Of a stretch of DNA of 64,000 bases, positions 57,901-64,000 are shown in pieces. This stretch comes from Macrostomum hystrix. Its lineage: Eukaryota > Animalia > Platyhelminthes. Below the pieces are notes generated by a model that saw nothing but the letters and a program-made list of their open reading frames with translations, searched no databases and was not told the DNA's origin. How positions within the stretch are numbered: the first letter of the stretch is position 1; each line of letters starts with the position of its first letter. The stretch lies in the NCBI GenBank assembly GCA_950097015.1, contig CATNEN010000041.1, positions 2,790,001 to 2,854,000 on the forward strand, read 5' to 3'. Position numbers and translations under genes: made by a program.

Positions 57901-60900
57901 TGTCACCTGTTGCGAGTGTCTGCTGTCACCTGTTGCGAGTGTCTGCTGTCACATGTTGCGGGTGTCTGCTGTCACCTGTTGCGAGTGTCTGCTGTCACCT
58001 GTTGCGAGTGTCTGCTGTCACCTGTTGCGAGTGTCTGCTGTCACCTGTTGCGAGTGTCTGCTGTCACCTGTTGCGAGTGTCTGCTGTCACCTGTTGCGAG
58101 TGTCTGCTGTTACCTGTTGCGGGTGTCTGCTGTTACCTGTTGCGGGTGTCTGCTGTCACCTGTTGCAAGTGTCTAGTCACTTATCGATCGCCGAAGATCC
58201 TGTCGATCCGTGTCGCCCTTAAACCATTTGCAGAGGCCAAGCGGATCGTTCTGGGCTCCATGTTCAAGGACAACTCTTCGCGCCTGTTCGAGGGGGTGAA
58301 CGCAACGGAGGAGCAGAAATTAGCCGTCTATTCTGCCGCGTTCGCCTTCCCCAGCGTGAGTGCGGGGGCATTGTCTGATCGGGGATCAGGTAGTGAACTG
58401 GCCTAGCGTGAGTGCGGGGGCATTGTCTGATCGGGGATCAGGTAGTGAACTGGCCTAGCGTGAGTGCGGGGGCATTGTCTGATCGGGGATCAGGTAGTGA
58501 ACTGGCCCAGCGTGAGTGCGGGGGCATTGTCTGATCGGGGGATCAGGTAGTGAACTGGCCCAGCGTGAGTGCGGGGGCATTGTCTGATCGGGGATCAGGT
58601 AGTGAACTGGCCCAGCGTGAGTGCGGGGGCATTGTCTGATCGGGGGATCAGGTAGTGAACTGGCCCAGCGTGAGTGCGGGGGCATTGTCTGATCGGGGAT
58701 CAGGTAGTGAACTGGCCCAGCGTGAGTGCGGGGGCATTGTCTGATCGGGGATCAGGTAGTGAACTGGCCCAGCGTGAGTGCGGGGGCATTGTCTGATCGG
58801 AGATCAGGTAGTGAGCTGGCCCAGTGTGAGTGCGGGGGCATTGTCTGATCGGGGATCAGGTAGTGAACTTGGCAGCCTACTAAGAACTAAGCTTGCCCCT
58901 CCTTGGCCCTCCCCCAGCGCTGGGACGTATCCGTCGCTAGCTTAGACCAGCTCATCCTGGAAAAGCTACTTCGGAGCTTCAGTGTCGTGCCTAACATTGT
59001 CTGCGGCGGTGCCGTTGGCAGCGACTGGTCCGATGTGAAAACCCTGTGCAACCAGGCAGCTTTCCGCGAAAACCTCAACAATCAGTTCTCTCTGACCGAG
59101 GCTCTCGACCAGGTGTGTTCCTCGCTCTTCATCCTGTCATCTCTCAGTGGCCAAGCTCTCAACCAGACCTTCATGCTCTGTACATTAGTTCTCACTGTCC
59201 TCACAATTTATTCCAGCTGAAGTCCACGGAGCCCAACAAGTACACCATCGACCTGAAGATGTCGGATGTCAGCAGACTAGCGCAGCTGTTTCTTCAGGTC
59301 GGAAAATTGCGCAATAGACACTGCTCACAATAATAATAATAATTTCAGAAGGGCTGCAGGCAATGAAACATCATTTGGTGGCACTTGACCCGCGGCCAGC
59401 GAGGAGGCCATTCGGCCCATTTCGCTGACTTCTGAGCACACGCGCACACAGATACCGTACGCAGGCATACCCTCACACAGGTGTGTACATCTGCCCTGAC
59501 TTTCTCATCATCAGGCAGTGTACACTTCACTGTGCCTTGGAGGTTGGCCCTCAAGGGCGTAAATTGCACGACAAGCCCCCAAAGCCTTCTCTCCGCGGCT
59601 GCGCCCCAAATGAATGTGGCCTCGCCGTGGAATCGAACTTAAGGACCGCGGTGCAAGAGGCAAACGCGTTAACCGCTCTGCCACTGACCCTCCCTAGATA
59701 GACACTGCTCACTTCTTTGTATAATGTTCTTCGAATCAACTTGATGAGATGCAAAAATAGTAGTTTTCCGAGTCGCGAATTTCTTATTCTCGGCTTACTG
59801 CACTACTTACTGAGTAGAAACATAGACACTTTAACAGATAAATGCAGTATTCCATAAATTTAGTTTCTACTAATCAGTTATGTCTCGCATACCCTATATA
59901 AACAGGTAGGGGTTAATACTCTTGATTTGCAAATCCTTCGCCAATAAAAAAATGTCCGCTCTGCACTGCAACCTCATTCTTCTCCGTCTTGTCGGCATTC
60001 TTTCCTCTGAATTCTCTAGCACCAAGTGATGCAAGCCACCCGCCTGCCTTCTGTCATTCAGCTGAGCAAACTGAGCAGTGAAGGCACTCTGAATGTCTTC
60101 ACCGAGATCCTCAACAACTTGAGGGCGCTGATGGGCGGCAGCGGCAGCGGCAGCGCCATAGCGCAGCTGCTGGACACCATCGACAGTCTGAGTCGGCTGG
60201 TCTGCGGCAGTGGCGAGACCATCTTCACCAAGTACGCCGACCAACTGCGCCAGCAGATAGGCAACCAGACCGGCGGCAACACCACCGTACCGCCCTCCAC
60301 AGTGCCGCCCTCCACCGTGGCTCCCGGCAGCAACTCGACTGCCGACCTGAGCATCCTTATCCCGCCGGAAAACTGTGAGACTGAGCTGAGTACAGATGGT
60401 TTAAACAGAGTACAGATGAGTCAGGCTGAGTACAGATGGGTCAGGCTGAGTACAGATGGTTTAAGCAGAGTACAGATGGGTCAGGCTGAGGGCAGATGGG
60501 TCAGGCAGAGTACAGATGGTTTAAGCAGAGTACAGATGGGTCAGGCTGAGTACAGATGGGTCAGACTGAGTAAAGATGGGTCAGGCTGAGTACAGATTGG
60601 TCAGGTTGAGTACATGTTGTCTGTTTTATCCCAGAAAGCCTCCGACCATTGCCACACAGATTGCTACAACCGCAAGTACCAGACAGCCATCCTGGGCTCG
60701 ATAAGGCAGCTGATGTCTTCCCTGGGATTCGGCAGCATTGTCAACATCATGTTTGGCGTCATCCCCTACTATCCGGATGTCCCACAGACCCGTCAGTTCC
60801 TCGCCAAGGTAAATCAGCAGCTCAGTATTGATCATTTGGAACCGCAAAGATTATCTGAGCACCTGGTGCCCGACCCCTCACCAATTCTCAGGTTAACAGC

Positions 60901-63900
60901 ACCTTACAGAACATGAGCTCGGCGTCCTACTTTGCTGAGAGCTTCGTGCTGACCGAGAGTCCGCGAATCGCTGACTTCCTGGCCAACAGCAGCCAGGTGG
61001 AATTAGTCAGGGTGAGTTCGCTGGTTTTGAGTAGAGAGTGCGCCTTCTTATAGTTTCAGTAATTAGCGAATTGCGCCATCCATTTCTCTCCTGTCCGCCC
61101 AGAGGTTGCTGGTCGCGTGCAGCGATCTATTTGGCAACTCGTCCTACGGGCCAACGTGTCGCAGCCTGTCCGCGTTCCTGGCGCCGTTCCCCGACATCAA
61201 GCCGCCCGGCAGCGGTTTGGGCAACTGGCGAGACGCCCTGAACTCGCTGGACTCGCTGATGCGCAGACTGTACTTTGCCACCGCCTGCTTCCGCATGAAC
61301 AAGCTGTACGGCTTCAACACCGAGGCGTCCCTGGACAACTACACCACCTTCCTCATCGATGAGTTCGGTGCCAACAAAAAAGTTGACAAGCCTCAGCTGG
61401 TGGCCTCGCTGCTGTTTGACTCGCTGCAGCCGAGCTTCGCCAAGTACCGCCTGCGCTACGAAGAGAAGGCGGTGGACGGCACTCGCGACTTCAAGGTTCT
61501 TGACCGGACTTTCCGGCCTGGGCCGCGGGCGAACTTTCCCACCGACTTCAAGTACTTCACGTCGTTCTTTCTGCACATTCAGGTGTGTGATGTACATCGT
61601 CTTTCAAGGGTATTCACTAGCACACTGAGGTAACTGGCAGTGCCAGTTGATGTGCGCGACGCTCAACAATGTCGCGATTTACTCCAATTTACTCCCCTCT
61701 TCTCCACCCCGCAGGAACTCCTGGAACACGGAATCCAGGCGACCGTCACGGGCGTGGACGCGCCGTTTCGGACCTACCTTAGTCTGTTTCCCTCGGCCTG
61801 CTTCCTGCAAGACAATTTCGCCAGCGTGATGGGCTCCTTCCTGCCAATGATCATGACGATCTCCTGGATCTATAACGTCGCCCTGCTTGTCAATGCCATC
61901 GTATATGAGAAGGAGACCAGACTCAAAGAGATGATGAAGATCATGGGATTGTCTGACGGCGTACACTGGGTCTCGTGGTTTATCACCTCGCTGATCATCA
62001 TGATCATAGCCAGCGTGCTGATGACTCTGCTGCTGAAGGCCGGGCAACTCGTGGTGTACTCTAACCCGCTGCTGCTGTTCCTGTTCATTATTTCATTCGT
62101 TGTTTGCACAATCTGCGAGGCTTTTTTCATATCGATTTTCTTCTCGAACTCGAGCGTGGCAGCGGCCTTCGCCGGTGTGATCTACTTCCTAGGCTATGTG
62201 CCGTACAGCGTTGTCGACAGCTTCGCCGACAGCATGACGCGCCCGCAGTACCTGCTGAGCTGTCTCGTTCCGCAACTGGCGTTTGGAATCGGCTGCAAGT
62301 TCGTCGGCAGCTGGGAGCTGGCGTCGGTCGGGCTGCAGAACAGCAACTTTTACGAATCCCCGCTCAGTACCAGCGAGTTCACCTTCAACGAGGTGAGCTT
62401 GGCTTGCCACTCATTCTCTTCTGCAATGACATTTGTTAAAAAAAATTGGCTCTCTCCCACAGGTGATAATAATGATGTGGATCGACTCTGGCATCCTAAT
62501 GCTGCTCACCTGGTACCTGGAGAAAGTCTTCCCTGGCGCCTACGGAGTACCAAAGCCGTGGTACTTTCCGTTCTCGCCTTCCTTCTGGTGCCCCAAATCC
62601 AAGAAGGCCCTGACGGCTGACGTTGAAGCAGGAGCTGTCGGCTCGAACAACGGCGGTATAACAAACTTGGGCGCCTCTGCCACCTCCGTGGCGTCCACTC
62701 CCACCTCCGACTCGTCCAGCTCCTCGCAGGAGAAGCCGGCCTCGGAAGGTGCGACGGCGGGCGTTGAGTTGAACGGTCACAACCCGGCGCACTTTGAGGC
62801 CGAGCCGACTCACCTGGAGGTCGGCATCAGCATCAGGAACCTCACAAAGGTCTACGAGCCCGGCCTGTTCGCCTGTAAGAAGAATGCCAAGCCATTCACT
62901 GCCGTAGACAATCTGAGCTTCAACTTTTTTGAAGGCCAGGTCACCTCATTCCTGGGTCACAATGGAGCCGGTGAGTCGCGAAATATTTCCCAAGTCTCCC
63001 ATTAGCCCAAATTCCAGTGCTTCTTCAACACTTTTAAACCTTGTCACACAGGCAAGAGCACAACAATGTCCGTTCTAACGGGTCTCTACACGCCAACGTC
63101 TGGCACCGCCTACATCGCTGGACACGACATCCGCACCGAAATGGACGCGATCCGCAAGCACCTCGGCCTGTGTCCCCAGCACAATGTGCTGTTCGACTCT
63201 CTCACGGTGGAAGACCACATCTACTTCTACGGCATGCTGAAGGGGCTCAGCAAGGCGGAGGTGACACCGCAGATTGACTCCTTCATTGCGGATGTTGGCT
63301 TGCAGAAGAAGAAGTACGAGATCAGCAAGAATCTGTCAGGTGGAATGAAGCGGAAGCTGTCGGTAGCCATGGCCTTTGTCGGTGGTTCAAAGGTGGTTGT
63401 GCTGGACGAGCCCACTGCAGGTGAGCTAGCTGCACCTTAAACTCGTGCATAATATCATCATCATTATGATAACTGCTAATAATTCCGCACTCTAAATTAA
63501 GAGTAAACAATGAGTTCATACATTTCTAAAAAAGCTCGTATGAGGTGAACTTGAAAGAATTATCCCTGCACCTTTCAGGTGTGGACCCGCACGCTCGTCG
63601 CGCGATTTGGGACGTGCTGTCGAAATTCCGGCAAGGCCGCACCATCATCCTGACCACCCACCACATGGATGAGGCTGACATTCTCGGCGACCGAATCTGC
63701 ATTATCAACAAGGGCCGCTTGGTGTGCTCAGGATCGCCGATGTTTCTCAAGAAGGTCTTCGGCGAGGGCTACACTCTCACGATGGTGAAGTCGTCAGCGG
63801 ATTGTAACGCCGAAAAAGTGCTGAGCTTTATTCGATCTGTGGTACCGGATGCGAGTCTAGGAGAGTGCACCTCGAGTGAGATCAACGTGAAGCTTCCGTA

Positions 63901-64000
63901 CAGCTCAGTGCCAAATCTCGCTTCTCTGTTTGCCAATCTCGACGAAGAAATGACGGGACTGAAAATTGCAACCTATGGCATTGAGGACAGTTCGCTAGAG
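54968..64000 (+). CDS. ABCA: ABCA-subfamily transporter, 5' half, truncated by the window edge (exons 54968-55036, 55122-55348, 57649-57764, 58234-58355, 58918-59112, 59217-59297, 60020-60374, 60639-60808, 60892-61011, 61103-61582, 61715-62392, 62463-62970, 63052-63420, 63579 onward)
   Basis: N-terminal [12 protein letters not shown]; large extracellular domain; [18 protein letters not shown]; TM block; Walker A GHNGAGKST (split by an intron), signature [10 protein letters not shown], Walker [12 protein letters not shown], and TTHHMDEAD. Specific orthologue not assignable. Confidence 0.95.
55395..55575. repeat. 33-bp minisatellite (about 5.5 copies) in ABCA intron 2
   Basis: Unit GTGCCCGCTTCGCCTCTCCCTCAGCCAGTGTCC. 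Confidence 0.93.
56162..56846. repeat. 50/47-bp minisatellite (about 14 copies) derived from a SINE 3' end
   Basis: Unit GACTATGGGCAC(CCT)TGGCACATCATTTGGTGACAGTAGACCCGCAGCCA, continuing directly into a SINE body at 56847. Confidence 0.93.
56815..57005 (-). mobile_element. 5'-truncated SINE, same family as 59329-59697
   Basis: Shares ATTTCGCTGACT, GACTTTCTCATC and GGTTGGCCCTCAAGGGCGTA with the full-length copy; no tRNA head. Confidence 0.85.
57770..58174. repeat. 23-bp minisatellite (about 17.5 copies) starting at the donor of ABCA intron 3
   Basis: Unit TGTTGCGAGTGTCTGCTGTCACC directly after GTAAG. Confidence 0.95.
58350..58870. repeat. 52-bp minisatellite (about 10 copies) containing the exon 4/intron 4 splice donor
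   Basis: Unit CCCAGC|GTGAGTGCGGGGGCATTGTCTGATCGGGGATCAGGTAGTGAACTGG; GTGAGT at 58356, 58408, 58460, 58512 and onward. Confidence 0.95.
59329..59697 (-). mobile_element. Full-length tRNA-derived SINE (369 bp) with (ATT)n tail and 15-bp TSD
   Basis: A-box TGGCAGAGCGG and B-box GTTCGATTC on the minus strand; TSD ATAGACACTGCTCAC at 59314-59328 and 59698-59712. Confidence 0.93.
60386..60612. repeat. 20-bp minisatellite with 60-bp higher-order period in ABCA intron 7
   Basis: Alternating GAGTACAGATGGGTCAGGCT and GAGTACAGATGGTTTAAGCA units just after the GTGAGA donor. Confidence 0.9.

Noticed and set aside
57707-58176. Cys-rich metallothionein-like ORFs
   Set aside because: Translations of an intronic 23-bp minisatellite, open in all three frames.
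59490-59535. CTGATGA...GAAA hammerhead-like core in the SINE (minus strand)
   Set aside because: Only 3 nt separate the motifs, so stem II cannot form; the segment folds as a simple hairpin.

Overview
Eukaryotic (animal-like, intron-containing) genomic DNA; no prokaryotic features are supported. The style is consistent with an invertebrate such as a flatworm, but this is unverified. (1) 1-21790 is a 28-bp satellite array with variable higher-order repeats; all giant ORFs there are repeat artefacts. (2) A gene-rich stretch follows: a two-domain phosphoethanolamine N-methyltransferase whose second domain looks catalytically eroded, a 3-exon claudin/PMP22-like gene, an internally deleted Tc1 element, and an intronless ankyrin gene with an (Ala-Asp)41 tail. 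(3) A young Mag-like Ty3/Gypsy element (identical-looking LTRs, integrase core deleted) is interrupted in its RT by a young BEL/Pao element that has a C-tract where the PPT should be. (4) A 9.3-kb KDZ (Kyakuja/Dileera/Zisupton-class) DNA transposon has about 1.3-kb TIRs and G-rich subterminal minisatellites. Its transposase is split into two convergent halves on opposite strands, and a Gypsy pol fragment is captured inside the right TIR. This is the most unusual object in the window. (5) The 5' half of an ABCA transporter gene runs off the right edge; its introns hold SINEs and several minisatellites, one built from a SINE 3' end and one that multiplies a splice donor.
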